From Octopus sinensis (lineage: Eukaryota), in assembly GCF_006345805.1 (NCBI RefSeq), contig NC_043004.1, positions 52,080,001 to 52,144,000 on the forward strand: 64,000 bases of DNA, given 5' to 3'. Below, one piece after another: positions 24,754-38,867 of the stretch. Positions within the stretch are counted from its first letter, which is position 1. The number at the start of each line of letters is the position of its first letter. The position numbers and the translations under genes are program-made. A model generated the notes under the pieces. The model did no database searches, was not told the origin of the DNA, and was given only the letters and a program-made list of their open reading frames with translations.

Positions 24754-25260
24754 TATTATGCACGTAGGAGAAACGGAACTCAGAAATAAAGCTTATTGAG
24801 GCATTCATCAGTTAACAACACAATGTTGTTACAGTGATAACGTGTATCATTCCGTGAATCCTATTTAGAGTAATGCAAAGGGGATTCTGAATTGTAATGT
24901 GAGTTAATAGCCAAAGTTATAGATTCTCCTTCAAAACATTAAATACTTTGTTCAAATGGATAATTTGGAGAATGCATCAGAGTACATTATGTCTGCAAAA
25001 GACAAGAGGTATCAAAGTTTCAGTGATACCTCAGCCCTGATAATTGATCTGCGCTATCATTGCCGACATTGGGTAATGACAAAGAGCATTGATATAGCCT
25101 GTTAAAACGAAGGTTTTACTTCACTTTACATATGAATATACATGTGTCTGTGTGTGTTTGTGTGTGTGTGTGTCTATGTGTGCGTTTGTGTGCATCTATG
25201 TGTGAGACTGTGTATTCATATGTATGGTTATAGTATATTACCCCACACATTTATATATGT

Positions 25261-25312
<52 letters not shown>

Positions 25313-25424
25313 TTACACTTGTATTTATGTATATGCAGAAGAATAGGGAACAAAATAGCTGCATAATATTTTAGCTGCTTTGCCTTACAGGCTTCTCTCA
25401 ATTCCCTTCTTTCAATAATTTCGC

Positions 25425-25548
25425 TCATAAAGCTTTGGACGGATGGAGTCTATATCAAAATAATCTTGCCGAAGATGCTACGCTGCGGGAGAGGACACGA
25501 AACCACATAACTGGAGAGCAAAACGTTTACCACACAGCCATGCATGGG
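25425..25548 (-). mobile_element. Old type B SINE 5' half
   Basis: Diverged match to the type B head, ending TTACCACACAGCCATGC on the + strand. Confidence 0.55.
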
Positions 25549-25849
25549 CCTATAAGAGATCTTGGTGAAATTCTCTGAAATTATATATCACCATCATATA
25601 AACGAGCGGTCACTGTTGGAGGGTCTTTCATCTCGATTTATCGTTGTTGAAGTCGCACCAACTGTAGCACAATTGTTACAGAACCCTAAAAGGTAAGAGT
25701 CTGGGTGCGATGCATATGCTCTGAAATCCTCTGACAGAATATTTAATGAATGGTGAAACAGATTATTGCTTACTACAACACCGTCATTACTAACACCATT
25801 TCCTCCACATCCCAGTTAGACATATCGAAATAATAAATAAATAAATAAA

Positions 25850-26095
25850 TGCGCCCTTTTAAAGCCAAGCAAGACTCATGGGCCCGGTTTCCCAGTTTCA
25901 ATGGCGTATGTGTCTCCGAGCTGGACGGGACGTCAGTCCATCGCAGTGTTACTCATTTTTGCCAGCTGAGTGGACTTGCGCAACGTAAAATGAAGTGTTT
26001 TGGTCAAGAACACAACGCGTCGCCCGGTTCAGGAATCGAAACCACAATCTTACGATCATGATGCTGACACCCTAACCACTAAGCCACGCGCCTCC
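25850..26095 (-). mobile_element. Full-length SINE type D
   Basis: Minus GGAGGCGCGTGGCTTAGTGGTTAGGGTGTCAGC..GGTTTCGATTCC head, CORE-like TTCTTGACCAAAACACTT, tail GAAACTGGGAAACCGGGCCCATGAGTC. Confidence 0.9.
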
Positions 26096-26429
26096 ACTAG
26101 ACATATCGAGTACCATCTAAATTAGGTGCCACTATTTTGTCCGGTTAGTTTGCTTGATTGATTACTTTATTTGCTACTTTGTTATCACCCTATATCTATT
26201 GAAACCATGAATACCAAATACTTTTTATCAATGAGTTATAAAACTCAGAAGAAAATACTGTTTGTTATTAAGAAGTTATTTACATTGGACTTATAAGCCC
26301 CTAATTCAATCAAACACACAAATACCAGTGTTAAAGAAAGATGAATTGAAATTAAAATCCATACAACATAGAACAGATATTGATGTTTGCAATGATAAAA
26401 GGTTGTACAAGACACCTTCAAATCTTGGT

Positions 26430-26635
26430 TTCAACTTTTGGCACATGACGAGCAAGTTTTGGGGGAGAGAGGAAGTCGATTAAATCGTACCCAGTGTTCA
26501 ACTGATACTTTTTTTCATCAATCTCGTAAGGATGAAAGGCAAAGTCGACCCCAACGGAACTTGAACTCGAAATGTAAAGGCGACGAAATGCCGCTAGTCA
26601 TTTCGCCCGGCGTGCTTACCATTCTGCCAACTCGT
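26430..26635 (-). mobile_element. SINE type C
   Basis: AAGGATGAAAGGCAAAGTCGACC..GAACTTGAACTC..TTTCGCCCGGCGTGCT..TTCTGCCAACTCG on the + strand. Confidence 0.8.
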
Positions 26636-26785
26636 TGTCTTAATGGTAATATCTTTTCATGTACTGAAAGCTATCTCAAAAGCAAAATGAAAACAAAACA
26701 AACGTTAACAGAATTAATTTTTAACCTTAAAATACATCGCACATATTCAAAGAACCTTTAGTGGTACCGAACGTTTTTCTGCTAT

Positions 26786-27332
26786 TCTTTTATTCGTTTA
26801 CTTGTTTCAGTCATTTCACGGTGGCCATGCTGGAACACCACCCTTTAGTCAAAGAAATTGACTCCTGAAAATCTTCCCTGTAAGTCTGGTGCTTATTCTA
26901 TCAGTCTCTTCTGCTGAACAGCTAAATTACAGGGACGCAAACGCACCAACATCGGTTGTCAAGCAATGATGGAAGTGGTGGGACAAACACAGACACAAAC
27001 ATACACATACATACATACATACATACATACATACATACATGTATGTATATACACATGCATACATACATACATGTATGTATATACACATATACATACGTAC
27101 ACACATATTCGTACGTATAAATATACTTGCATAAATACATGCATATGTGCATACACACTTGCATACATGTACATGACGGTTTTCCACGCCTTCCGTTTAC
27201 CAAATCCACTCCCCAGACATTGGTCGGCTTGGGGGCTATAGAAAACATATGTTGAAAGTGCACTACGGTGGGACTGAACCCGAAAACGTATGGGTGCAAA
27301 GCAAGATTCTTTACCCCACAATCATGACTGCG
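26786..27332 (-). mobile_element. SINE type B, diverged, with expanded internal microsatellite
   Basis: Tail, body and head motifs colinear with other type B copies. About 190 bp of (TACA)n inside. Confidence 0.8.
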
Positions 27333-28099
27333 TGTGTGCCTGCGCCTGCGCATACATACGTAGCAATAAATTCCTTCTTACAATTCAATACTTATATAGA
27401 TTTGCCGTTATGATAATTGCATAAACAATCATAAAATACTGACCAAATCTCTACAGAAATCCTTTTTACACTCACGTAGTTATTTATTAACAACATTCAT
27501 TTCAGATATTACAGGCGATAATATTTACTACTACAAAACATACGCTGGTATTATCATGCGTGGCTGTAGAACGATATTGAGTTAAGTTATTCCTTATCCT
27601 TCCAGTAATGTATTGGCATGTAGGTAGTTCTGGTGAGCCGATGGGTGCCAATTAAAATCTGGCATTATTTGATCCGTACTTTTACTTGTAAGAAACACCA
27701 TAAGAGCTGCGTCTTAAGATGAAATCATCAAAAAACTGCCATTAATTGTGGCATATAGGGATAACTGAATATGCATTCTTACATTACCTTTGAATATCTT
27801 AATTTCAATATACTTCGATATAGTTTCAAAAAGGCTAGCAAATTCTGTCATTTATTCAACTATAAATATCAGTTATACATAAACACAGAAGGAACACAGA
27901 AGAATAAGTAGGGGCAACAATAAATTCTATTAATATGTTGTTAGTTCTCTTCTATTAAAAGGAATTTATGGCGCCAACAGAAATCTGAGAGAGGGTGCAT
28001 TTGTACTGTATGAGAATATTTTACTTTGAAGTACGTATCACTTTGGTGTAAGCGCGCGCAGTTTCTATACACACGGACATATACCACGTACACACACAC

Positions 28100-28138
<39 letters not shown>

Positions 28139-28559
28139 CATATATATGCATATATAACAATACAGATATACATGCATATGCTTATATAGACATATACATA
28201 CTTGTATATGGATACTTGTACATGAAGGGTCGCAGATAGGTAGATAGATCGATACGTAGATATGATCGAATATTTTGACATCATTGCAAACACCCAAACC
28301 TTGTGTTCGATATTCAAAGACACACACTATTCTATATGCTTCAATAGTTTGGGAGGGGTGAGCAAAATAACAGTATCTACCTATAATAAACATCTGCGAT
28401 ATGGATATATTTAGTTGGGTTTTATGAATATATGAATATATATACAGCTTAAACAACAATAATAAAAGAAATACTAAAACATGCAATATATAGACACCCA
28501 TACATATATTCTTACTCGAAAAGTATATATACACGTGCGCGCACACACACACATACATA

Positions 28560-28606
<47 letters not shown>

Positions 28607-28798
28607 CAAATTGACTGCGTTATTGGTGTTTATAATGCTGGACGTAAAATAATAAGTTATAAAATTTCTCATATATCAATATCCATATCTCATTCTGTCT
28701 TTATCTCCATATACCTTTCCTCCTTTCATTTCCCTCGGTATCTATCAATCAATCGGTCAATCAACCCAGTTATCTATCTATGTATCTATGTATCTATG

Positions 28799-28892
<94 letters not shown>

Positions 28893-29412
28893 GATATCGA
28901 TGCATGTATCTCCACCGACTCGCTTATCCCTTCCTCTCTCAACATTTTGTGTATAGTTCGGAAAAGCGGACAATGAACGGTTATATACGCATAAGTGAAT
29001 ATATATACATAGAAATAAGAAGAATGTAATTTATACCAGTGCACTGCACCTATATAACACAATAACACATACATTCATATAATACATAAATATGTACATA
29101 TACATACGCTGCTGCATAAATTTGCATATGAACATTTATGGCTACTTCTGTATGTAATATATGAAACATAGGTATTTGCACACCTACCAAATTATGTACA
29201 TACATAAATACATATATGTATGTTCATATAGACTTACGACATATAGTCTTAGAACATATACACAGTCACGAACTTGCACACATATACACATATTTGCTTA
29301 CATATTCGTAGATGAATCAATGAGAAAATATTGTAGAAATTCATTGCCACTGTCTACACTCACAAGCTTACATACCACCCCATGCAAACGTAAATATGCC
29401 TGCGTGCACACA

Positions 29413-29452
<40 letters not shown>

Positions 29453-29530
29453 CATAAAGACATACATATATATACACATTTATATATGTAGATATATATA
29501 TTTATATATATAAATATATGTGTATATATA

Positions 29531-29569
<39 letters not shown>

Positions 29570-29589
29570 ACGCATAAATATATATATGC

Positions 29590-29621
<32 letters not shown>

Positions 29622-29774
29622 TGTGTGTGTGTGTGGTGTGTGTGTGTGTGTGTGTGTACTTATGCATATGTACATACAAATACACATAAATATGTATATG
29701 ATACATATATGTATATATATATATGTGTGTGTGTATATATATATATCAAATACATATGTACAAGGCAGTAGTGC

Positions 29775-30110
29775 GTAGGTATGGTGGACAGAAGAGAAGG
29801 ATGTAGGGGTGAGAAGATTACAATGTTTAAAACGAGAAACGTTGAAAGAGAAGGTCTATTAAAGAACAAGTCGAGTTGCGGGTTAGTTTCTTCTTTGAAG
29901 AACAAAGACGAGGAAAAGTTAGAGACAAGTTGGCGAAAATCTGGCATGGTAGGAATGGGAGGGGGAATGTTCAGCGGAGGTGGAAATCGAAAAGATGTGG
30001 GATGAAACGTAACAGAAATGAGGCGAAGATGGCGGAAGAAAGATTTTAAATCGAGGTTATGTGATGACTGCCATTGCTGTCCTCGGCTTCTGGGCGTCTT
30101 CATTGCTTTG
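29775..30110 (-). mobile_element. Penelope-like element N-terminal ORF fragment
   Basis: ORF 29660-30103 contains DLKSFFRHLRLISVTFH and PQLDLFFNR, resembling the FFRRLRL...LDLF segment upstream of PLE RT domains. Confidence 0.55.
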
Positions 30111-30568
30111 ATACTTCAAAGAAAACATCACCGTTATACACTCACACACATATAAATATATACACAAGTTCATATGTATATATGTATATATATATATATA
30201 TAAATGCATATAATCATGCACACCCAACCACAATCATACGCATGTATGCATATATAATATAAGTGCATATGTATGTAAATATAGTCTGTTGCTTTTATTT
30301 TTCGAAATATTCAATGATGTAGAAAGATCCGGTTTCCATGCCCATACTGGGATTGTTGTCTTGAAATTAAGATATCAACGCGGTAGATTTCTATATATGT
30401 ATGTATGTATATTTGTATGTATGTATACATGTTTGGTATGCATGTAAGTACGCATATGCGATAGGATGTCTATGGCAAGTATGCTCGTAACAATGAATTT
30501 AGTTTGTTTATAACTATGTGTTTGAATAAGTTCTAACATATATATATATATATAATATATCTTTCCTT

Positions 30569-30937
30569 GTGGCACTCCGTCGATTACGACGGTGAGGGTT
30601 CAAGTTGATCATTTCGACGGAACAACCTACTCATAAAATTAACGTGCCAGTGGCTGAGCACTCCACAGACACGTGTGCCCAAAACGTAGTTCTCGGGAAG
30701 ATTCAGCGTGACACAGAGTGTGACAAGGCTGGCCCTCAGAAAAACAGATACAGAAAGAAAGAGGGAGAGAAAGTTGTGGTGAAAAAGCCCAGTAAGGCTC
30801 GCCACCACCCCCTGCCGAAGCCTCGTGGAGTCAGGTGTTTTTGCTTAATAAACACCCACAACGTCCGGTTTGGGAATCGAAACCGCTTTTCTACGACCGC
30901 GACTCCGCTACCTTAACCACTTGGTCATTGCGCCTCC
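30569..30937 (-). mobile_element. SINE type A
   Basis: Colinear with 47641-48021. Head GGAGGCGCAATGACCAAGTGGTTAAGG. Confidence 0.88.
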
Positions 30938-31251
30938 ATGATATATATATATATATGATAAATATTTGTATGTATGTATATGAAAATCAAAGTATATAGG
31001 AAATAAATATATTACAGCCGATATTACGAATTCCTTTCCCACGGGATATTAGATACATATCTGGTTATTTCATTCACGTGATGTTCGGGGATACCAGACA
31101 TGGATATTTTTCCCACACCTACCATCACTTAAGTGCTGATATATTCGATAAGCGCTGAGTTATCTAACGTCTGATCATTATTAATAGCTCTCCAATACTG
31201 TATATTTCATTAATAAACTATGCCTTTGACAAATATAACTATTTTTCTGCA

Positions 31252-32500
31252 TAATGGCTGAACTAGTGGTCTCCTTAATTTACTTTTCGTTCGCGTAAGA
31301 GTTTTACAATCATGTCTGTAGCGGACATTGGAACAAGAATGTACCCCAACTATGCGAAACTTTTTGTCGGCCATGTTGAGGGCAAAATATTCTCTCAGTA
31401 CACCTGTCCGGCTTCCGAGCTGTACGGTCGTTACATTTATGAGTGTATCGGCGTGATCTAACTCTCCAGCAAACATCTCGACTCTTTCCACTTTTTCATC
31501 TAGTCCTTCCATCCCGCGCTCGAATTCTTATGCTCTGTCTCCAACATCTTCGTCAACTTACTCGACATTTCTGTTACCATCCTCCGCTCCTTGCTTACCA
31601 CCTTTATTCCCTGTAAGCCCATAGCCTTACACTCGTATTTCAACTTCTCTTCCCACTCTACGCAAACCAAACTGTCCATCCCTTACTCTCAGTTCTTCCA
31701 TCCCCATCGGCTCTGCAGTGATGACCATGACTTCGAGACATAATCTCAAAGTTATGGTTCACTAATTCACTCAACAGGCATAGTCCTTACTGTTATCTAA
31801 ACAACCCCGTCAGATGTGTTGACCCTGCATCCAAACCCTGACGCTGCTCTCGCCCCACCCTTACCTACCTTCCAATCCTCTCAAATCTGCCTTACTAAGT
31901 CTCTCAACTCTGCCTTACTAAGTCTCAACTCTGCATTACTAAGTCACTATTCTATGGGATTTCAGTTAGCACCAATCTGATCCCTCCCCCTCGTACGTCA
32001 TCCGCAACCTTTCCCTGTCATCGTTGAAACACGCCCGTAAACTACGTAAATTCTTCTCCGTAGCTTCTGCCCCACTTTTGGCGCCCAAACTTGTTCATTA
32101 CCTTACTCTCGTCTGCATCTCCGCATCTACCAACACCACTATCCTCGCTGGCATCTCTCCAAAAGCGCTCCTGCCACATCTGTACCTCCAGCAATTTATT
32201 CAATTACCTGCTCTCCTCTCTCCATCACTCTCTGTACATTGGGGAAACCGGCTTTTGGCTGACTGGTCTGCCGAAAATCTCCGGAACATCAGACTCGGAA
32301 ATGACACCCGGTCTCGCACAACCTCTGCTCGACTAGGCATTCTCAGCACCATTTGTCTGATGACCTTGCACAGAGGCCAACCGGACTCCCCCATCCATCG
32401 AGAATAGGACTGGTTTACTCTAAACATTCTTCCATTCCACATGGTCTCAATTCTTCGCCTCTCTTCATCTAGACGCACCTCCAAATACACTTACACACAC
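31252..32500 (+). mobile_element. Decayed Penelope-like retroelement (RT plus GIY-YIG endonuclease)
   Basis: GTRMYPNYAKLFVGHVEGKIFSQYTCPASELYGRYIYECIG (decayed RYIDD), KLSIPYSQF..LCSDDHDFE, then CTSSNL..LYIGETG and LAD..AENLRNIRLGND. Frameshifts and stops throughout; C/T-rich UTR-like sequence to about 32900. Confidence 0.88.
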
Positions 32501-32951
32501 CACACATCTCCCACTTTCCACTGCCCCTCCTCCTCTACCTACACCTCCCACATTCTACTGACTCTCCCTCTCTGCCACACACCTCCTACATTCCACTGCT
32601 TCTCCTCCTCTGCCCCACACCTCAACATCGTTAAATTCATTACCTACACCATACACACCGTTATACCCCTACAGTAGATGCACACATTCCTTCTCACACC
32701 ACACACTCACATACACATCAGCATCCATACTTCCACTTACTTCCCCCACATCTACAGTTGCATGTATATAGTAACGCACCCACATTTCCCGACACCTGCC
32801 TCATTTGTCTACCCTACTTCACCTGACACCTTCATCAAGGTGGAAGCATTTACACTCCCAGAACACAAACATACATCAGATAGCCTTACACGTACGTAAA
32901 AGCGCTCTTAAACACATATACATACACAAAAATACAGAATATGCAAATGCA

Positions 32952-33571
32952 TTCTCTTTACTCTCTTTACTCTTTTACTTGTTTCAGTCGCTTTTAGTCG
33001 AGCAAATCGACCCCGGGACTTATTCTTTGTAAGCCCAGTACTTATTCTATCGGTCTCTTTTGCCGAACCGCTAAGTGACGGAGACGTAAACACACCAGCA
33101 TCGGTTGTCAAGCAATGCTAGGGGACAAACACACACACACAAACACACACACATACACATATATAGATATATATTTCTTTATTGCCCACAAGGGGCTAAA
33201 CACAGAGAGGACAAACAAGGACAGACCAGACAAAGGGATTAAATCGATTATATCGACCCCAGTGCGTAGCTGGTACTTTATTTATCGACCCCGAAAGGAT
33301 GAAAGGCAAAGTCGACCGCGGTGGAATTTGAACTCACAACGTAAAGACAGACGAAATACGGCTACGCATTTCGCCCGGCGTGCTAACGTTTCTGCCAGCT
33401 CGCCATATGTACGGCAGGCTTCTTTCAGTTTCCGTCTACCAAATCCACTCACAAGGCATTGGTCGGCCCGGGGCTATAGCAGAAGACACTTGCCCAAAAT
33501 GCCACGCAGTGGGACTGAACCCGGAACCATGTGGCTGGTTATCAAGCTACTTACCACACAGCCACTCCTGC
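32952..33571 (-). mobile_element. SINE type B split by a nested type C SINE
   Basis: 3' half at 32952-33170 and 5' half at 33405-33571. Confidence 0.9.
33172..33404 (-). mobile_element. Full-length SINE type C nested in a type B SINE
   Basis: Near-identical to the reverse complement of 14484-14713. Confidence 0.92.
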
Positions 33572-34957
33572 ATATCAACTATTGAAGCATAAACACACAC
33601 AATATTCAAACAAAACCACCCAGGGCCCTGATAGCACAACCAAACTGCGAAAAGACCTAAATACAGTATGTAAATGAAAAAAAATAACAGGCATTTCTCT
33701 CCTGAGGGGTTTAGAGCACGTCCCAACCGACCTACAGTCCGAATACAGAGGATCAGGTGTTAGTGAAATCCGAGAATCATAGTTGGTGCGTGCCGAGAGA
33801 ATCTACATGAGTAATTCTGCAACATTCCAGACGCAAATTACCAAGATGTTAAAACTTTCAACGCGAGTAGCTGGACAGATCCTCAGATAATTTAAAAGCC
33901 GAAAATGGTCGCCATGCTGTTCTTAAGGGGGAACTTTAATTCTCAGTTGTCTGAATTACTGCTCCAAACTGTAGTCACCGCAAAGCGTCATACTGATGCC
34001 AGAACATGAGACGTAGTGGCAGATGGGGTAACAGTATTAATGATATAGATGGAATGAGTAAAATATTTTATGAGGTACAACACATGTATCGACCAGTTCT
34101 TGGTCTCTTCGAGTATATAAATAAAAAAAAAAGGCTTACTAGAGATTTTCTGATTCGGTTTTACCGACCGCTATATGCTTATTAAATTTGAGAATGCGTA
34201 AAAAAGCAGAGAAAAATTAAAACACAAAAAATCCAAATATGAACGTAAAAATTACACATTCTAGTTTAGAGAAAATGACGCAATGAGCCTTCGCTGTTGT
34301 TAGTGTTAAGATAAATTTATATTATTATTTGATTGAACGCCACGCATCCATTTCCATTTAAGTCTATCTTAATCTTTTTGATGCGACTCTACTGTATACT
34401 GTACTCTCCCCCATCCTTTTCACTAATTCCTTTTTTTCTTCCGTTTACCATTTTCTATCTGTCGCTCACTCCCCTCTTTCCCTTTTGTGTCTTGTTGCTC
34501 ATATGTGACCATCGTCTATTTTTCTTTTCCTCACGTGATCATCTTTCTTTTCCTTCAGGACTGTCCTCAGGAAAGGACGTCTACTATCTCTCTCTTCTAT
34601 CTTTTCTCTTTTCAAAGAAAATATTTCTCCAGCGTTCACTATTTTATCCTCGTTCTGGTTTGTTTTCGTTTGGCTTACTTGTATGCCTACACTGTCTTGG
34701 TTTTGTTCCCAACTTTTACTCTCCGTAAAACCAAAATTTTATTTTGGTATTTATGGGAGCTACTAACTTCGAAGACGCATATTGCCGTACAGTGCTAGAA
34801 ATAAGGAGCAGATAGATAACCGACAACTAATGAAGGATCGTTCTTTGTGTTACTTGTCCTGTTTTACATTTGTTTTTCTTGCTGTTTGCGTATTGAACGC
34901 ATTTGGTCTCATATTTCATGTTGTTTACTGTTGGCGATGTCCTGTACCCATATATGC

Positions 34958-34999
<42 letters not shown>

Positions 35000-35263
35000 T
35001 TACGGAGATTTACCTGCATAGCAAGTGACTTGATCTGAGATTGTGTGCTGGAACGAAAACAATTGCAGCGTGGAAGTTGTTTGTAAGCCATTTAAGAAAC
35101 ATATATATTATATATATGTATGTATATATATATATGCAAATATATATATATTATTTATATTATTATTTCATTGAACGCCACGTATTCATTTCCAAGTATA
35201 CACATGCATATACATACATACATACATACATACATACATACTACATACATACATATATATATA

Positions 35264-35372
<109 letters not shown>

Positions 35373-35557
35373 GTAAGTAAATAAATGGAGTTACTCCATT
35401 TATTTACTTATAATACACAAATCACTGCACATTAACCCGGAGTTTCTACCTTTGAAGAGGTCGCTTCCTCTGTGTTACTTGCGTGAATTTTGCTACCCTG
35501 GTAACTGTTTATTGAATTTTCCATGTTAACGGTAAACGAAGGATAATTCATCCATCC

Positions 35558-35618
<61 letters not shown>

Positions 35619-35648
35619 GTATAAATAGATATATATGTGTATGTTTAC

Positions 35649-35679
<31 letters not shown>

Positions 35680-35715
35680 ATATGTATAAATACATGCGTA
35701 TATATTTGAATGTGC

Positions 35716-36062
35716 GCGCCGCAATCACCCAGTGATTAGGGCAGAGAACTTGCAGTCGTGGGATCGTGGTTTCGATTCCCATAGCGAAAACACCTACTGC
35801 TCCATGAGGCTCCGGCAGGGGGTGATGGTGAACCCTCCTGTAGTCTTTCACCACAACATTCTCTCACACTTTCTTCGTGTTTCTGTTGTACATGTATTTC
35901 AAAGGGCCAGCTTTCTTACACTTTGTGTCATGCTGAATCTCCCCGAGAACTACATTAAGAGTACACGTGTCTGTGGAGTGCTCAACCACTTCCACATTAG
36001 TCTCAGGGGCAGACTGTTCCATTGATCGGTCAACTGGAACCCTCATCGTCGTGACTGAGACG
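35716..36062 (+). mobile_element. SINE type A, diverged
   Basis: CAGTGATTAGGGCAG..GGTTTCGATTCCC head; body CTCCATGAGGCTCCGGCAGGGGG..GTGTCTGTGGAGTGCTCAACCAC. Confidence 0.85.
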
Positions 36063-36074
36063 ATATAAACATAC

Positions 36075-36474
36075 GCGCAGGAGTGGCTGTGTGGTAAGTA
36101 GCTTGCTTACCAACCACATGGTTCCGGGTTCAGTCCCACTGCGTGGCACCTTGGGCAAGTGTCTTCTACTATAGGCTCGGACCGACCAAAGCCTTGTGAG
36201 TGGATTTGGTAGACGGAAACTGAAAGAAGCCCGTCGTATATATGTATATATATGCGTGTGTGTGTTTGTGTGTCTGTGTTTGTCCCCTAGCATTGCTTGA
36301 CAACCGATGCTGGTGTGTTTATGTCCCCGTTACTTAGCGGTTCGGCAAAAGAGACCGATAGAATAAGTACTGGGCTTACAAATGAATAATTCCCGGGGTC
36401 GAGTTGCTCGTTTAAAGGCGGTGCTCCAGCATGGCCGCAGTCAATGACTGAAACAAGTAAAAGAGTAAAAAGAG
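36075..36474 (+). mobile_element. Full-length SINE type B
   Basis: GCGCAGGAGTGGCTGTGTGGTAAG..CCTTGGGCAAGTGTCTT..GTAAAAGAGTAAAAAGAG. Confidence 0.93.
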
Positions 36475-36523
36475 TATACATACATGCATACATACATATA
36501 TATACATATATATATATATATAT

Positions 36524-36555
<32 letters not shown>

Positions 36556-37500
36556 ATATATATATGCGACTATACACAAAACCAATCGTACATTTGTTTG
36601 TATACAATCAGAAATATGCACGCAAACATACACACATGCAAGCACCCACATATGTATACACACACGAAAAATATGTTATTCCTAACGAACGGAAGAAAAA
36701 GTACTCATTACCGGAGGTAGTATATAAATAGCTTGGATTTGGTCAGCCGAAACGGAACAAGCTTCGGCTGACCGATTAAAATTATCAATATATATACAGA
36801 CGAAAGCAAATATGAACAGAAATTGTATTAGTGTAAGAAACATGTTTGTACAGAGATACGGAGATACTATTGTTTGACGTTTAAGAAAACTAGTGAATAA
36901 ATTACTTCGGCTAAACACACGCATTTATGATCATGAACATCGATATACATACATATATGTATTCATACATACATACATATTTGCTTACATACACACACAC
37001 ATACATACATATGTATATACATATATATACATACATATGTATATATATATACAGACATGCGTAGACACGCACGTGCGCACACACACATATTTAAGAACAC
37101 AAAATGAATATGCAAAACATGTGGTATCACATTGAGACATGTACTTTATAATTCAAACATAATTGCAGAAGTGTTAGAGAAAATAGATTTAAAATCTGTG
37201 TATAAACTCTCTTACAGCTGTTTCTAGAATTGCTGTACATGCATGCAACATTGAGCAAACATTTTCTTATAAAAGACAAACATTCCATCCTCAGAGAAAA
37301 CTAATTGAAGAGTTACTTCAATAAAGGATATATGTAGTTACCCTTTCCATTGTCGAAGAAGTAATGAAAATCCTTCGTAAAGGAAATTAGTATTTACTAG
37401 TTCTTTCGTCGAAGAATCACTCTTCGACGAGGTAATCAGTAATAACTAATATAAGACTCTGTTTATTTTTACAATATTCAAATTTTAACAAGACCAGGAT

Positions 37501-37552
<52 letters not shown>

Positions 37553-37804
37553 GGGTATTATTATTTTCATATGCACTCAACAGGTTAGACTGTTGAAAAG
37601 AAAAGAATCCTAACATCGGGTTACAACAAGAAGCCTTAGATGCCAAGAACCGTTTTATTGGGTGGGTAACAGCAAGAAACCTTAGATCCCAAGTACCCTC
37701 ATAAATATCCTAGCTGTCCCTAATGACAACACTATTTTCTGCAGCTGTACTAAACTGGCTTTTATGTCATTTCCTGTATGCATCTGTTCAGATATTTAGG
37801 GATA

Positions 37805-38224
37805 CTCTCTCTTTACTCTCTTTTACTCTTTTACTTGTTTCAGTCATTTGACTGCGGCCATGATGGAGCACCACCTTTAATCGAGCAACTCGACCCCGGA
37901 ACTTATTCTTTGTAAGCCCAGTACTTGTTCTATCGGTCTCATTTTGCCGAACCGCTAAGTGACGGGGACATAAACACACCAGCATCGGTTGTCAAGCAAT
38001 GCTAGGGGAACAAGCACACACACACAAACATACATGCACACATACATATATATATACATATATACGACGGGCTTCTTTCAGTTTCCGTCTACCAAATCCA
38101 CTCACAAGGCTTTGGTCGGCCCGAGGCTATAGAAGACACTTGCCGAGGATGCCACGCAGTGGGACTGAACCCGGAACCATGTGGTTGGTTAGCAAGCTAC
38201 TTACCACACAGCCACTCCTGCGCC
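37805..38224 (-). mobile_element. Full-length SINE type B
   Basis: Reverse complement of the 36075 copy with few differences. Confidence 0.92.
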
Positions 38225-38264
38225 TATGGATAGTTCCATATGCAAGTATAACTACTGGGATACA

Positions 38265-38326
<62 letters not shown>

Positions 38327-38867
38327 GAGTGAGAGAGCAGTGCATGCCATCAAAGTGACACTGGGGTACAAATATACGAAACCCAGTATACCCATCATGA
38401 CTACCTGTCTGATAAGGGTACACCAGGCACATGCATCACAACCATATGTGCGCGACATGGTGATCTCATATCAAGATAAACAGCACATGACCTTGCAGGT
38501 GGGGCCCTGTTAGAAATTTCTTCAGGTTGAGTAGCCCATCCCGCTCAAAAGGTCCCTGAATAAGGGTTGTTTAAGGATGTTGAAAGAACCACCCATGTTT
38601 CCAGAGGTGAATTATTCAGACCCCAAAGAATCCCTCTCAGCACATGGCTATGATGCTCCCCCACTACTTCTCGTGATCAGAGATGCACATATCGTCAGCC
38701 ACTAAGGGTTAAGGTCAAACAACTGACAAGCAAATCTGTGGTATTGAGCAGAATATTTGCTGTAGCTCATCTTTTATACCAAGACAAAAACAATGTACAT
38801 GATAACACTTCCAATCAGTTAAGATCAGATGCCATGAGAGCCACTGACTGGTACTGCATCAGGGCAT
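38327..38867 (-). mobile_element. About 540-bp non-coding element embedded in (TAA)n; putative non-autonomous retroelement or LINE 3' UTR
   Basis: High-complexity sequence bounded on both sides by (TTA)n. Minus-strand end ...GCACTGCTCTCTCACTC(AAT)n looks like a retroposon tail. No recognisable ORF. Confidence 0.5.

Noticed and set aside
25556-25692. Plus-strand exon ending at the strong donor AAAG|GTAAGA
   Set aside because: No credible acceptor and an unrecognisable peptide.
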